Below, piece by piece: positions 21,801 through 31,994 of a stretch of DNA of 64,000 bases; the stretch's first letter is position 1; the number at the start of each line of letters is the position of its first letter. Under the pieces are notes generated by a model. The model did no database searches and had not been told where the DNA came from. It saw nothing but the letters and a program-made list of their open reading frames with translations. Source of the DNA: an uncultured Gemmataceae bacterium (GTDB lineage Bacteria > Planctomycetota > Planctomycetia > Gemmatales > Gemmataceae). The stretch is from contig CAVVPN010000003.1 of the NCBI GenBank assembly GCA_963750165.1, forward strand, positions 2,816,001 to 2,880,000, written 5' to 3'. The position numbers were made by a program, and so were the translations under genes.

Positions 21801-23051
21801 CATCAAGGCGAACGGCGAGACCCCGGCGGATCGACAGATCATCGCCCTGGTGCTGGCAACGCACCCGGCCCACCGCAAGGAGGCCATCCGCCAGGTGGAG
21901 GGGCTGGCCCCGGCGGGGGCGACGCTGCCGGCCGAGGCCCGCTACCTGCTGGCGCAGTTGCACGAGGCCGACGGCAACTGGAGCAAGGCCGAGGCCTACC
22001 TGCGCGAGCTGCTGGAGATGGACGAGCGGAACGCGCAATATCTGACGCGGCTGGTCACCGGTCTGCTGCGCGACGACCAGGCGAAGGAGGCGGAGAAGTG
22101 GCTGCAGAAGTTGGCCGAGGTCGCTCCGGACAAACTGGAGACGACCGCTCTGCGGTTCATGACGCTTCGCGCCCTGAAGAAAACCAAGGAGGCGACCACC
22201 CTGGTCCGGAACTACGCCCGGGGGAAGGACGCCCGGCTGGACCTGGTGGGGCGCTGGTTCGAGCTGCTGGACCTGCAGGCGGAGGCTGAAAAGGCTTTGC
22301 GGGACTTCGTGCTTGCCTCGAAGAGCCCGGACACCGTGCTGCTGCTCACCCAGTATCTGGCGCGGCAGAAGCGGCTCGACGAGGCGCTGCAACTGTGCGA
22401 CGGGGCCTGGAAGACCTGCGCGCCCGAGGCAGTGGCGGCGGCCAGCGTGACGGCACTGCGGGTTGGCAAGGGGGCGCCGCCCAGCAGCAGCGTGTGGAGC
22501 GCGCGATCCTCAAGGCGATCCAGGACCACCCCAGGTCGAACCTGCTGGTGACCTTCCTGGCGGAAGTGCAGGATCTGCGCGGCAAGCACGCGGAGGCCAT
22601 CGACGTTTACCTTCGGCTGCTCAAGCAGAGCAACGACAACCCGGTGGTGTTGAACAACCTGGCCTTCCTGCTGGCCATCACCGACCGCGACCCGGCGGAA
22701 GCGCTACGGCTGGTGAACCTAGCGATCGACAAGGCGGGACCGCTGGCGGACCTGCTCGACACGCGGGCGGTGGTGTATTTGAAGCGCAAGCAGGGCGAAC
22801 CGGCCGTGCAGGACATGCAGCAGGCCGTCGCCCAGCGCGAGTCGGCCCCCTTCTACGTCCACCTGGCCCAGGCTCGCGCCCTGAAGGGGGACCGGGCTGG
22901 GGCGGCGCAGGCGCTGCAGAAGGCGTTTGCCGAGCGGTTCCACCTGAGCGAGCTGCACGCGCTGGAACAGCCGGAACTGCGGCAGCTGGCGGCGACGCTC
23001 GGGCTGGAGAAGGAGCTGCGCGACACGCTTGACGGCAAGGCGCGGCCGTAG
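18829..23051 (+). CDS. Second membrane-anchored long TPR protein (paralog of 11370-15703), frameshifts near 20960, 21270 and 22480
   Basis: VNVKAFLIL...HGWQVRRNA N-terminus matches the first TPR protein; ORF pieces 18784-21096, 20961-, 21274-22551 and 22395-23051 join; terminal LNNLAFLLA...LLDTRA. Confidence 0.85.
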
Positions 23052-23071
23052 TGGTCTGCCCCACGTCTGTG

Positions 23072-23123
23072 CTGAGCCCGACGTGCCAGCGAGGAATGTC
23101 CCGCGCTGGCACGTCGGGCTCAG
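23072..23123. repeat. REP-like palindrome, family A variant, between convergent genes (possible terminator role)
   Basis: Perfect 20-bp arms CTGAGCCCGACGTGCCAGCG / CGCTGGCACGTCGGGCTCAG. Confidence 0.85.
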
Positions 23124-23140
23124 TGTGTTTCCGCCAGCGC

Positions 23141-24108
23141 TCAATTCCAGTCAGGCCCCAGGGGGATGCCGTCCTGCGGGTCGCACGCCTGCGCCCAGGT
23201 GGTGGCGCTGATGCCGGCCGTGAGGAAGCGTACGCTGCCGTCGCCCAGGCAGACGTTGATGCCGCCGCTGTGCCCGGACTCGGCCCTGCTGAAATCGCAG
23301 CCGTTGATCCAGTCGGGCCGAACCTCGAACAGGGCACACGGAGGGGAGTATCCCGACCCGACGGGCATCTGGACGATGTTCAGACAGAACACCGGCCGGC
23401 AGATGGTGTCGGAACTCGACCACAGGTTGGTGCCCGTGGTGATGTTGTTCGGGTTGCCGGTCGAGCCGCAGGTGCCGTAGCGCTCGGTGAACACAATGAC
23501 ATTGGAGGTGCCGTCGCGGAAGATGCTCTGGATCGTCCCGGAGCCCTGCTCGCGCCGGTTCATGTCAGCCGGGAAGGGGCCGACCCAGCCGGGGTTGCCG
23601 AACACGAAATAGTTCGCTGCGTAATTGCCGATGGCCCGGGTTTGGGAGTTGGTGGAGGTGTTCACGCCCAGGTGGGTGCTGCCCGAAGGGCTGGGATCCA
23701 TCGGGCACAGGTAGGCCGGCACGACCGCAGACATAACCGGGGTGCCGTTCACGACTGTGTTCACGTTGCCGTTGGCCGCCTGGTACAAGGTCTCCTGCTC
23801 GACGTAGGGCAACAGCCAATCGAAGACCGTGAAACCGATGGCCCCGTTGTACGACGGGGCGGCGAAGGTGATGGCGCCGGTGGAACTCGGGCGCACAGCG
23901 GCGGCAGCGCCCTGTTGACGCCGTGGAGGTTGTGCAGGGCGACGCCGAGTTGCTTGAGGTTGTTCTGGCACTGGACGTTAGCGGCGGCTTCGCGGACTTT
24001 TTGCACGGCGGGCAGGAGCAGGCCGATCAGGATCGCGATGATCGCGATGACGACCAGCAGCTCGATCAGCGTGAAGGCAGTTGAGGAGCGGGATGGTGCA
24101 GCGCGCAT
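23141..24108 (-). CDS. DUF1559 / prepilin-type N-terminal planctomycete protein, frameshift near 23900
   Basis: [73 protein letters not shown]. Confidence 0.92.
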
Positions 24109-24218
24109 GGGAGGCCTTTCCTTCGCTGAGGGAGAAGGTCCAATCCGCCGGGCACCAAGGCGGGACGATCCGATTTCCAGGCGGCAGAAAACAAGACTGC
24201 CCTGGAAATTTAAGGGTA

Positions 24219-24247
24219 AAAATACTCTACAATCGGGAAAAGGTCAA
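24219..24247 (-). promoter_or_regulatory. Putative sigma70 promoter of the DUF1559 gene
   Basis: Minus strand TTGACC-17 nt-TATTTT in an AT-rich intergenic stretch. Confidence 0.4.
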
Positions 24248-24614
24248 GTGTATGAAGTAAAATTCATCAAAGACATGAAAAAATACCGGAAGTGAGTCCA
24301 GTACCCGCAACCAACAACCCTCACCGTCGAAAGCGCGCCCCCTGATTTTCGCCAATTCCTTGCCTGACGCCAGGGCTTTTTTCGCCCCCCTGGCTCTGCC
24401 CCTCTCGACCGCGTTACCCCTGCCGCGCTTCCTCGTTGTCTGCTTCGACGACCGCGCTGAAAAAAAAAAACTATACTCCAGAAGAGTTCCTCCCGACAGC
24501 GGCGCCCGGCGCGGGGAGGAGGACCGGCGACCTGAACCCTGCGCTATTTTCCGGCTCGCTCGCATCGGCGGAGCGCGGGGGTTGTGCGGCTACGTTGAAC
24601 AGGGATTTCCGGCC

Positions 24615-25631
24615 ATGGCCATGGTTTGTCCAGAGTGTGAACGCACCTATCCCCAGGCGTTGCAGTGCCCCGGTTGCGGCGTCCGCCTGCAGTACCAGGC
24701 CGTGCCGCGCCGCGCCGCCCTGACGGGGGCAGGCCCAGCCCCGGCCGGCCAGTGGCAGCACACGCCCTGGGGCCGCATCCTCGTCGGCCTGCTGCTGACG
24801 CAGGGCCTGGCTTATGGGTTGCAGATGTTGTGTACCGCCGGCCTGCTGGCCACCGATGCGGAGGCCACGCGCACCGTCTGGGCGACGCTGTTCGGCCTGG
24901 TGCTGTTGCAGGCGCTGCAGGGGCTCAGCCTGTGCATCGGCGGCGGACTGACGGGAGCCGGCCAGAGCCGCGGCCTGTTTCTGGGAGCGCTGCTCGGCAT
25001 GGCGCACACGGCGGTGTGGATGGCCGCGCAGCAGCTGCGCGGCGAGCGTCTGACGGAGATCAACCTGTACGCTCAGCCGGTGCTGAATCTGACCTTCGGC
25101 GCCCTGGGCGGCCACATCGGCTCGCTGATCTGGCGGCCGTTGCCGACCGTGACCACGCCGCTGACGGCACCGGCCAAGCCCCGAGAAAGCGCCGCGGCGA
25201 CCCGTTTGCGGTTGCTCGACGGGCCCATCGCCTGGGCGCGCGTGGCTGCCGGCGTCGGCATCGTCCTGGCCGGCGTGCTCTGGCCCAAGGTCATCCTTGA
25301 TTTCGTGGTGAACGCCAGCGCCGGCCAGCTGTCGTTGACCTCGCACCTGCAGGCCCAGCTCATCACCTGGGAGATCACCGGTCTGATCACGTTGTTCGGC
25401 GGTGCCTGGGCGGGCGCGACCACGCGCAACGGCCTCAAGCAGGGCCTGTGCGTTGGCGTGAGCGGCAGCTTCATCCTCACCGTCATTCAGATGTTCAACC
25501 GTCAGGCCGTGCTGGAACAGACGCTGTTCGTCGCCATTTGTACTCTGTGCCTGACGATCGCGGGCTCGTGGTTCGGCGGTCAGCTCTTCCCGCCCATCGC
25601 CCCGACGCGCCGCCGAGCCGCCCTGGATTGA
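24615..25631 (+). CDS. Multi-pass membrane protein with N-terminal zinc ribbon
   Basis: CPEC..CPGC followed by two similar four-helix hydrophobic halves (WGRILVG / WARVAAG). Confidence 0.75.
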   Translation: MAMVCPECERTYPQALQCPGCGVRLQYQAVPRRAALTGAGPAPAGQWQHTPWGRILVGLLLTQGLAYGLQMLCTAGLLATDAEATRTVWATLFGLVLLQALQGLSLCIGGGLTGAGQSRGLFLGALLGMAHTAVWMAAQQLRGERLTEINLYAQPVLNLTFGALGGHIGSLIWRPLPTVTTPLTAPAKPRESAAATRLRLLDGPIAWARVAAGVGIVLAGVLWPKVILDFVVNASAGQLSLTSHLQAQLITWEITGLITLFGGAWAGATTRNGLKQGLCVGVSGSFILTVIQMFNRQAVLEQTLFVAICTLCLTIAGSWFGGQLFPPIAPTRRRAALD

Positions 25632-25637
25632 GGCCAG

Positions 25638-26189
25638 CTACCCTTCCACCCCCGCGTTGGCCTGGCCGAACACCCGGTCATACGCCGCCGTCGCCGCCGG
25701 CCCCAGGCGCTCCGCCAGGCGCCGATACGCCGCTCGCCGGTAGTCCCACTCCCCGGAGCGCGGCACCTGCTCCAGCCAGTCGAAGAGATGCACCCGACCC
25801 AGATCGTCAAAGTCCTCCCGCGACAGGGACACCGTTTCGCCGGTGATGCGGTCGCGGATCGTGTAGGGCTCCGCCGCCTGGTCCAGCACGCGGTCGAACG
25901 AGGCGCGATCCATGGCGCAGTTGAGGTAAGCCAGCCGCTCGGCCCGGTCGCCGGCCAACGCGCGGACCTCGGCGCGGCGCTCCAGCGGCAGCGTGAAGCC
26001 CTGGAAACGCTCGGTGCCGTAGAGCGAATGCAACAGGCCCGCCCGGCACACGTCCTGCGAACAGCCCTGCGTCTCCAGCAAGCGCTGCACGGCAACCAGA
26101 TGGCCCAGGTAAGTCTTGTGCGTGTGCGGCACCTGCTCGACACCGATGCCGAGTAGAAAGTCGGTCAACCGCCTACTGTCCTTGTCCAT
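25638..26189 (-). CDS. DUF6817-like HD-related protein
   Basis: H.....LGHL....RLL...G....CRAGLLHSLYGTE motif. Confidence 0.7.
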   Translation of the reverse strand: MDKDSRRLTDFLLGIGVEQVPHTHKTYLGHLVAVQRLLETQGCSQDVCRAGLLHSLYGTERFQGFTLPLERRAEVRALAGDRAERLAYLNCAMDRASFDRVLDQAAEPYTIRDRITGETVSLSREDFDDLGRVHLFDWLEQVPRSGEWDYRRAAYRRLAERLGPAATAAYDRVFGQANAGVEG

Positions 26190-26255
26190 GTGTCGCTCTC
26201 CGGGTATGCTCCTCCCACTTCGCCAACCAACCTCATTTTAACCGAAGGAGTGCGC

Positions 26256-26729
26256 ATGGCCATCCGACCCATCCCCGAGGGCTACCACACGGTGACGCCC
26301 TACCTGATCGTCCACGACGCCGCCCGCGCCCTGGAGTTCTACCGCCAGGCGTTCGGCGCCACCGAACTGATGCGCCTGACCGGCCCCAACGGCAAGATCG
26401 GCCACGCCGAGATCCGCATTGGCGACTCGCCGATCATGCTCGCCGATGAGCATCCGGCGATGGGCGCGATCAGTCCGCAGACGCTCGGCGGCGCGGCGGT
26501 GAGCATTTTGCTGTACGTTGAGGATGTGGACGCGCGCTTCGCCCAGGCCGTCGCCGCTGGTGGCACCGTCCTGCGACCGCTCCAGGACCAGTTCTACGGC
26601 GACCGCTCCGGCACGCTGCGCGACCCGTTCGGCCACACCTGGTCCCTCGCCACGCACAAGGAGGACGTGTCGCCCGAGGAGATGGAGCGCCGCGCCGCGG
26701 CGTTCATGAAGCAGCAGGCCGGCGCCTGA
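26256..26729 (+). CDS. VOC/glyoxalase (PhnB-like) protein
   Basis: PIPEGYHTVTPYL, HAEIRIGDS, DQFYGDRSG.L.DPFGH; RBS GAAGGAG. Confidence 0.93.
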   Translation: MAIRPIPEGYHTVTPYLIVHDAARALEFYRQAFGATELMRLTGPNGKIGHAEIRIGDSPIMLADEHPAMGAISPQTLGGAAVSILLYVEDVDARFAQAVAAGGTVLRPLQDQFYGDRSGTLRDPFGHTWSLATHKEDVSPEEMERRAAAFMKQQAGA

Positions 26730-26747
26730 CGGGACGGTTCTTGTTTC

Positions 26748-26802
26748 GGGTCGGAGCCCGAGCGCCAGCGGTGGCCCCGCGCTGGCGCTCGGGCTCCGAC
26801 CC
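26748..26802. repeat. REP-like palindrome, family A
   Basis: Perfect 23-bp arms GGGTCGGAGCCCGAGCGCCAGCG / CGCTGGCGCTCGGGCTCCGACCC. Confidence 0.9.
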
Positions 26803-26856
26803 ACTACGATAATCCAATCTCTCGTTGAATCCATTTCCCCTCATCGGGGCCACTGC

Positions 26857-27324
26857 ATGAGCGAGCCAACCGCAAAACCCGAACCGGCGCCCACGTCGGC
26901 CCCGCAGCGCAGCGCCTTCCGCGCCGTCCTGTACGAGACGATCTACTGCGCCATCCTTGGCGCCCTGGTCGGCTACTTCGGCGGTTGGCAACAGCCCGCG
27001 TCGCTGCTGGAAGGCGTCACGGACCTGGCGAAGTTGGGGGCGCTGGCGGGGGCGGGCATCGGCTTCGTGGTGGGCTTCGTGCTGGCGCTGGTGAACCGCA
27101 GCAGTCTGCTGGGGGCGCTGCGGGCGGCGGTGCTCGGCTGCCTGTTCGCGGCGGTGTTCGTGGCGGTGCTGGGCGGCGCCGCGGGCGCCCTCATTTACGC
27201 CACCGGCGGCTGGCGCGGCGGCCCCCGGGCGGGCCTGTATGGGGCCCTGGCCGGGGCGGTGTTCGGCATCCTGTACGGGTTCGTCAGCTACCGGCTGGAG
27301 CACGGCCGACTGACGAAGAAGTAA
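26857..27324 (+). CDS. Gly-rich four-TM hypothetical membrane protein
   Basis: Hydrophobic GxxxG-rich helices; typical codon usage. Confidence 0.7.
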   Translation: MSEPTAKPEPAPTSAPQRSAFRAVLYETIYCAILGALVGYFGGWQQPASLLEGVTDLAKLGALAGAGIGFVVGFVLALVNRSSLLGALRAAVLGCLFAAVFVAVLGGAAGALIYATGGWRGGPRAGLYGALAGAVFGILYGFVSYRLEHGRLTKK

Positions 27325-27363
27325 GCCATTTCACACATGTTCCCCCGGCGGGTAACCTCATCA

Positions 27364-27393
27364 CGTGGCACGGCTCTCCAGAGCCGTGCCACA
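27364..27393. repeat. Short palindrome (REP-like or terminator)
   Basis: GTGGCACGGCTCT-CC-AGAGCCGTGCCAC downstream of the membrane gene. Confidence 0.6.
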
Positions 27394-27592
27394 TGAGCAT
27401 CTTTGCTGCCGGAGTAATAGTTCCCCTGACCGCTACGGCTTGCCGGCGCGCCCCCCTTCCGGGTCGGATTGTAACGGCTCCGCCGTCGCGCCGCCGCCGC
27501 CGCGCGCGTAGTATGGGTTACCGACCGCGGCCCGGCGGCCGATACCAAACCCAAGCCCCCCCGGAAACCAATCTCCTCTGGATGAACACCGC

Positions 27593-28956
27593 ATGACTCG
27601 CTCCTCCCCGGCCCCTTCCCTGCGGCCCTGGCTGTTCCGTGGCGTCCTGGCGACGGCGTGCCTGCTCGGCCTGGTCAGCGCCGCCCTGGTGGCACAGACG
27701 CGCTGGCCGACGTATCTCGCGGCTCTGGAAGAAGGCGCCCGGACAGTGGGCCGCCCATCTTCCCGCAGGCGCCAGCCCAGCAACGGCAGCAGCATCTCAA
27801 GCGTCTGGGCGTCGAGCGCTGGCACGCGGGCGGCTGCCGCGGCGCCGGCATCAAGATCGCCGTCCTCGACACCGGCTTCCGCGACTACCGCAACTTCCTG
27901 GGTGGTGTGTTGCCCGCGCACGTCACCGTTAAATCCTTCCGCAACGATGGCGTCCTGGAATCGCGCGACAGCCAGCACGGCATCCTGTGCGGCGAGGTGC
28001 TGCACGCCCTGGCGCCGGACGCGGAGCTGCTGTTCGCCAACTGGGAGCCGGATCGGCCCGAGAAATTTTTGGAGGCCGTGCGCTGGGCGAAGCAGCAGGG
28101 GGCCCGGATCATCTCCTGCTCGCTCATCATGCCGAGCTGGAGCGACGGTGAGGGCGGCGGCGCGGTCAACGAGGGGCTGGCCGGCCTGCTCGGCGGCGGC
28201 GCCGACCCCGGTGACGTGCTCTGCTTCGCCAGCGCCGGCAACACCGCGCAGCGGCACTGGTGTGGCACCCTGCGGCCGGACGCCGACGGCCACCATCAGT
28301 GGCGGGCGGGCGTCACCGGCAACGCGCTGAGCCCGTGGGGCAACGAGCGCGTCTCGGTCGAACTGTATGGTCGGTTCACCGGCAACGCCCGCCTGACGGT
28401 GGTCGAGACGCGGACGGGAGTGCAAATCGGCTCCGCGGCGGTGACGCGCTCGAAGGCGGCGGCCACCGGCGGCAGCGCGGTGGTGCGCTTCCTGCCGCAG
28501 CCGCTGCAGCGCTATGAGGTGCGGCTGAGCGTGGCGGGCGGTTTCGTGGGGGATCCGAACGCGCTGTTCCACGTGGTGGCCCTGGGCGCGCACCTGGATT
28601 GCGTGGAGACCCAGGGCAGCATCCCGTGCCCGGCCGATTGCCGTAGCGTGCATGCCGTCGGCGCGGTGGACGACGACGGTGTGCGGCAGCCGTACAGTTC
28701 GTGCGGGCCGAATTCGCTGCTGCCGAAGCCGGACCTGGTGGCGGAGGTGCCGTTCCCGAGCCTGTGGCGAGCGCGGGCCTTCGCGGGCACCTCGGCGGCG
28801 GCCCCGCAGGCGGCGGCGCTGGCAGCGCTGGTGTGGGCGCGCTACCCGGACTGGACCGCCGCCCAGGTCAGCCAGGCCCTGCGGCGCACGGCCCGCGACC
28901 TCGGCCCGGCCGGCCACGATCACGAAACCGGCTACGGCTGCGTCGCCCTGCCGTGA
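27593..28956 (+). CDS. Secreted S8 (subtilisin-like) serine peptidase, frameshift near 27720-27750
   Basis: Signal peptide in frame 27593; VLDTG, SQHG, SAGN, GTSAAAP, GYG in frame 27658. Confidence 0.88.
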
Positions 28957-30338
28957 GCTTTTTCCCACGCCTCGGCCATCTCGATGCGTTCGACGGCCGG
29001 TGGGTGGCTGGCGAAGAACCAGACCGCCACCGGCGCCGGGGCGACATCGCCGAGGTTGTCGGTCACCAGCCGCTTTTCGGCCTCGATGAACGCCTGCGGT
29101 TGGCCGGCCAGTTTCAGGGACATCTCATCCGCCTGGCGCTCGAAGTGCCGGCTGATGGCCATCTCCACGGGGCTGGCGATCCAGCCGCCGATGAGCAGCA
29201 GCAGGCCGATCAGCGGCACCGCCGCCGGGTCGCTGGGGTTGCGCAGCAGGAACGGCCGCCGATTCACCGCCCAGCGCAGAATGCGGTCCATCACGAACAG
29301 GCCGCACAACGCCCCGAGCACCGCCAGGGCGATGCCCTTGACGATGTGCTCGTGATACCAGTGGCCGACCTCGTGGGCCAGGATTGACTCGATCTCGGCC
29401 GCCTTCTGCACGCGCTGCTGTTCGCGCTCGTTGGCGGCCAGCAGCGGCCCCGTCCCCTGCGGCGCCGCCAGCAGGCCGACCACGCCGGTCACGTCGGTCG
29501 CGTCCGGCTGCTGGTACGGCTTGAGCAGGTTGTCATAGACGACGATGCGTTGCGTGGCGCCGAAGCCGGTGAAGTAGGCGTTGGTGTGTTTGCTGCGCCG
29601 CGAGGCGTCCATGACCAGCACCTCGTTGACGGACACGCCAGCCTTGTCGGTCACCTGCTCGAAGCGGCGGAGCAGGTAGGGATCCTTCAGCGGCGTGAAG
29701 GTGTTGAAGATCGGGTTGATGACGATCGGAATGAGGAACGCATACGCTGCGGCGAGCAGAGCACTGGCGGCGGCGGCGATCAGCCACCACCAGCGCGGCC
29801 ACAGCCGCATGATGCCGAACAGGCCGACCAGCAGAATACCGTACTGCACGGCGCCGAGCAGGAACGACTTGGCGTAATCAGGGAACCAGTCGGCGATGGT
29901 GCGCGTGGACATGCCCCAGGCCCGTGTGTGCTCCAGTCGCAGCAACCGCAGCGGCGTGGCCGTGATTTCCTCCGCGACGTAGAGCGTGGCTCCGACGAGC
30001 AGCAGCGTCAACAGCCAGCGACCGCCCGTGCGCCGGTCCCAGAAATCCGCCAGGCGCCGCCCCCATCCCTGGCAGACCAGCAGCAGGAGCAGCGTCCAGT
30101 TGATGGCGATCTGGCCCCACATGAAGAGGGAGCGTTGCAGACCGTAGCGCATGCCGGTTTCGATCTGCGCGGGCGTGAAGTAGTGCCGCGCCCGCTCCAG
30201 CAGTTCCGGGGAGTGCGGGAAGGTGGTGAGGCAGAACAGCGCCGCCAGCGCTGCGATCAGCAGTCCAACGGCGAGACCGAGGCCGGGCGTGCGTTTGAGC
30301 TGTGTTGGCGGTGGGCCAGCAGCGATGGAAACGTCCAT
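28932..30338 (-). CDS. M48 (Ste24-like) membrane zinc metalloprotease
   Basis: NAYFTGFG, ILAHEVGH (HExxH), SRHFERQAD, SHP; several TMs; overlaps the S8 gene end by 25 nt. Confidence 0.93.
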   Translation of the reverse strand: MDVSIAAGPPPTQLKRTPGLGLAVGLLIAALAALFCLTTFPHSPELLERARHYFTPAQIETGMRYGLQRSLFMWGQIAINWTLLLLLVCQGWGRRLADFWDRRTGGRWLLTLLLVGATLYVAEEITATPLRLLRLEHTRAWGMSTRTIADWFPDYAKSFLLGAVQYGILLVGLFGIMRLWPRWWWLIAAAASALLAAAYAFLIPIVINPIFNTFTPLKDPYLLRRFEQVTDKAGVSVNEVLVMDASRRSKHTNAYFTGFGATQRIVVYDNLLKPYQQPDATDVTGVVGLLAAPQGTGPLLAANEREQQRVQKAAEIESILAHEVGHWYHEHIVKGIALAVLGALCGLFVMDRILRWAVNRRPFLLRNPSDPAAVPLIGLLLLIGGWIASPVEMAISRHFERQADEMSLKLAGQPQAFIEAEKRLVTDNLGDVAPAPVAVWFFASHPPAVERIEMAEAWEKAHGRATQP

Positions 30339-30392
30339 GATGCGTCCGAAAGGAGTGGAGTTCGCGGCGCCGCACAACAAATCGGCACCCGT

Positions 30393-30861
30393 TTACTTGA
30401 TACGCGGGGCGAAGGTGCGCGGGCCGGAAACGGCTTGAGTCGCTGGCGGTGCCGCCGCGGCCGCTGCTGCCGCCGAGGGCAGGATGTCCGGCTCCACCTG
30501 GTAGGCGTCCGCCAGCTTGTTCATCTGGTTGAACAGCCCGACGACGGCCAGCACTTCGCCGAGCTGCGTGTCGTCCAGGCCGAGCTTCTGCGCTGCCGCG
30601 GTGTGAGTTGATGCAGTAGCGGCACGAGTTCGTCACCGACACCGCCAGGGCGATGATCTCCTTGGTGAGCAGATCGACCTTGCCCGGCTGCATGATCGCC
30701 TTGAGGCGCGTCCAGCACAGAGACAGATGCTCCGGGTGGGTCGCCAGCGCCCGCCAGATCGCCGGCACGAAGTTAATCTGCTTCGTCGCCTTGATGTCGC
30801 GGAACACCTCCTGGACAACCGGGTCGGGGCAGTCTTCGGGGACGAGTTCGACGGTTGGCAT
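30393..30861 (-). CDS. Carboxymuconolactone decarboxylase/AhpD-like protein, frameshift near 30600
   Basis: KEIIALAVSVTNSCRYCINSH (CxxC..H); continues LGLDDTQLGEVLAVVGLFNQMNKLADAY to TAA at 30393. Confidence 0.85.
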
Positions 30862-30893
30862 GATCGCCCTTTCTGTACGGTGCCAGGCACCGC

Positions 30894-31328
30894 TTACGGT
30901 TTCTGTACCGCGGCCCGCCGGAAGGTGTAAACGGTGCCCGGCGGGTTCTGTTTTGGGAGGTCGAAGGTCGCCTGGCGTTCGGATTCCGTTCGCCACAAGC
31001 ACATGACCAGGGTATCGGCGTCGAAGCGGTAGATGCCGGTCATCCACACTTTACCAGTGAGCGGCTTATTAAAAGTGATCCGTGGCGGGTTCGCGTTCGG
31101 ATCGACATCAACGCGGCCAGTGATGGAAAGGCGCCCCTCCGTCACCGTGGCGGAGTCGCCCTTGAATTCGATCACTAGAATCATCTCCGCATCAACACCG
31201 GTTTGTTTCTCAGTGCGGACGCACTGCCAACTCCCTTCGACGGAGGTTTGCTTGCTTCTCTGCTGGGAATCAACGTCGGTTGGAAGCGTCAGAGCGGCCA
31301 CCACCGCCGCGACGAACACGGTTCGCAT
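30894..31328 (-). CDS. Planctomycete TIGR03067-like secreted protein
   Basis: Signal peptide; EGSW, IEFKGD, VDP..NP..I, GIYRFDADTLVMC; lower GC than neighbours. Confidence 0.8.
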   Translation of the reverse strand: MRTVFVAAVVAALTLPTDVDSQQRSKQTSVEGSWQCVRTEKQTGVDAEMILVIEFKGDSATVTEGRLSITGRVDVDPNANPPRITFNKPLTGKVWMTGIYRFDADTLVMCLWRTESERQATFDLPKQNPPGTVYTFRRAAVQKP

Positions 31329-31362
31329 GGCATCCTGCCTTTCCGCAAGGAACCCACTTTCC

Positions 31363-31403
31363 GCCGGTCGCGGCGTAGCGCGCTGCGCTACGCCGCGACC
31401 GGC
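31363..31403. repeat. REP-like palindrome, family C-related
   Basis: GCCGGTCGCGGCGTAGCGC / GCGCTACGCCGCGACCGGC arms just downstream of frr. Confidence 0.75.
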
Positions 31404-31415
31404 AGAACAGATGGG

Positions 31416-31976
31416 CTATTGCTCCATGATTTCCTTCGACTTCTTGTCCGCCATATCCTGAATCTTGTCCTCGTGCGTCTTCAGCAGCGTCTGCACTTCT
31501 TCCTTGCCCTGATCGCGCTCGTCCTCGGTCATCTCCTTGTTCTTCTCGGCCTGATCGAAATGCTTGTTGCTGTCGCGGCGGATGTTGCGGCAGCTGACCT
31601 TGGCCTCTTCGGCGGACTTCTTGATGCGCTGCACCATCTTCTGCCGCTGTTCGCCGCTCATCGCCGGCACCGTCAGGCGGATCATCTTGCCGTCGTTGTT
31701 CGGCGCCATGCCCAGGTCGCTGCTACGGATGGCCTTCTCGATGTCCTTGAGCACGCCCGCGTCGAACGGGCGGATGAGGATTTGCGACGGCTCTGGTGTG
31801 CTGATCTGCGCCAGCTGCTTCAGCGGCGTCGGCGAACCGTAATACTCCACGCGGATGCTGTCCACCAGCGCCGGCGTGGCCCGGCCGGTGCGCAGGCCGC
31901 GCAACTCGTTGCGGAAGACATCCACGGCCTTCTCCATCCGCTCCTCGCAGTCCAGTAAAATGTCGTCGCTCGTCAT
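31416..31976 (-). CDS. frr: Ribosome recycling factor
   Basis: LRTGRATPALVD, V.YYGS.TPL.QLA, RNIRRD; adjacent to pyrH. Confidence 0.97.
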   Translation of the reverse strand: MTSDDILLDCEERMEKAVDVFRNELRGLRTGRATPALVDSIRVEYYGSPTPLKQLAQISTPEPSQILIRPFDAGVLKDIEKAIRSSDLGMAPNNDGKMIRLTVPAMSGEQRQKMVQRIKKSAEEAKVSCRNIRRDSNKHFDQAEKNKEMTEDERDQGKEEVQTLLKTHEDKIQDMADKKSKEIMEQ

Positions 31977-31994
31977 GGCTTGGGTCCCGCAGGG

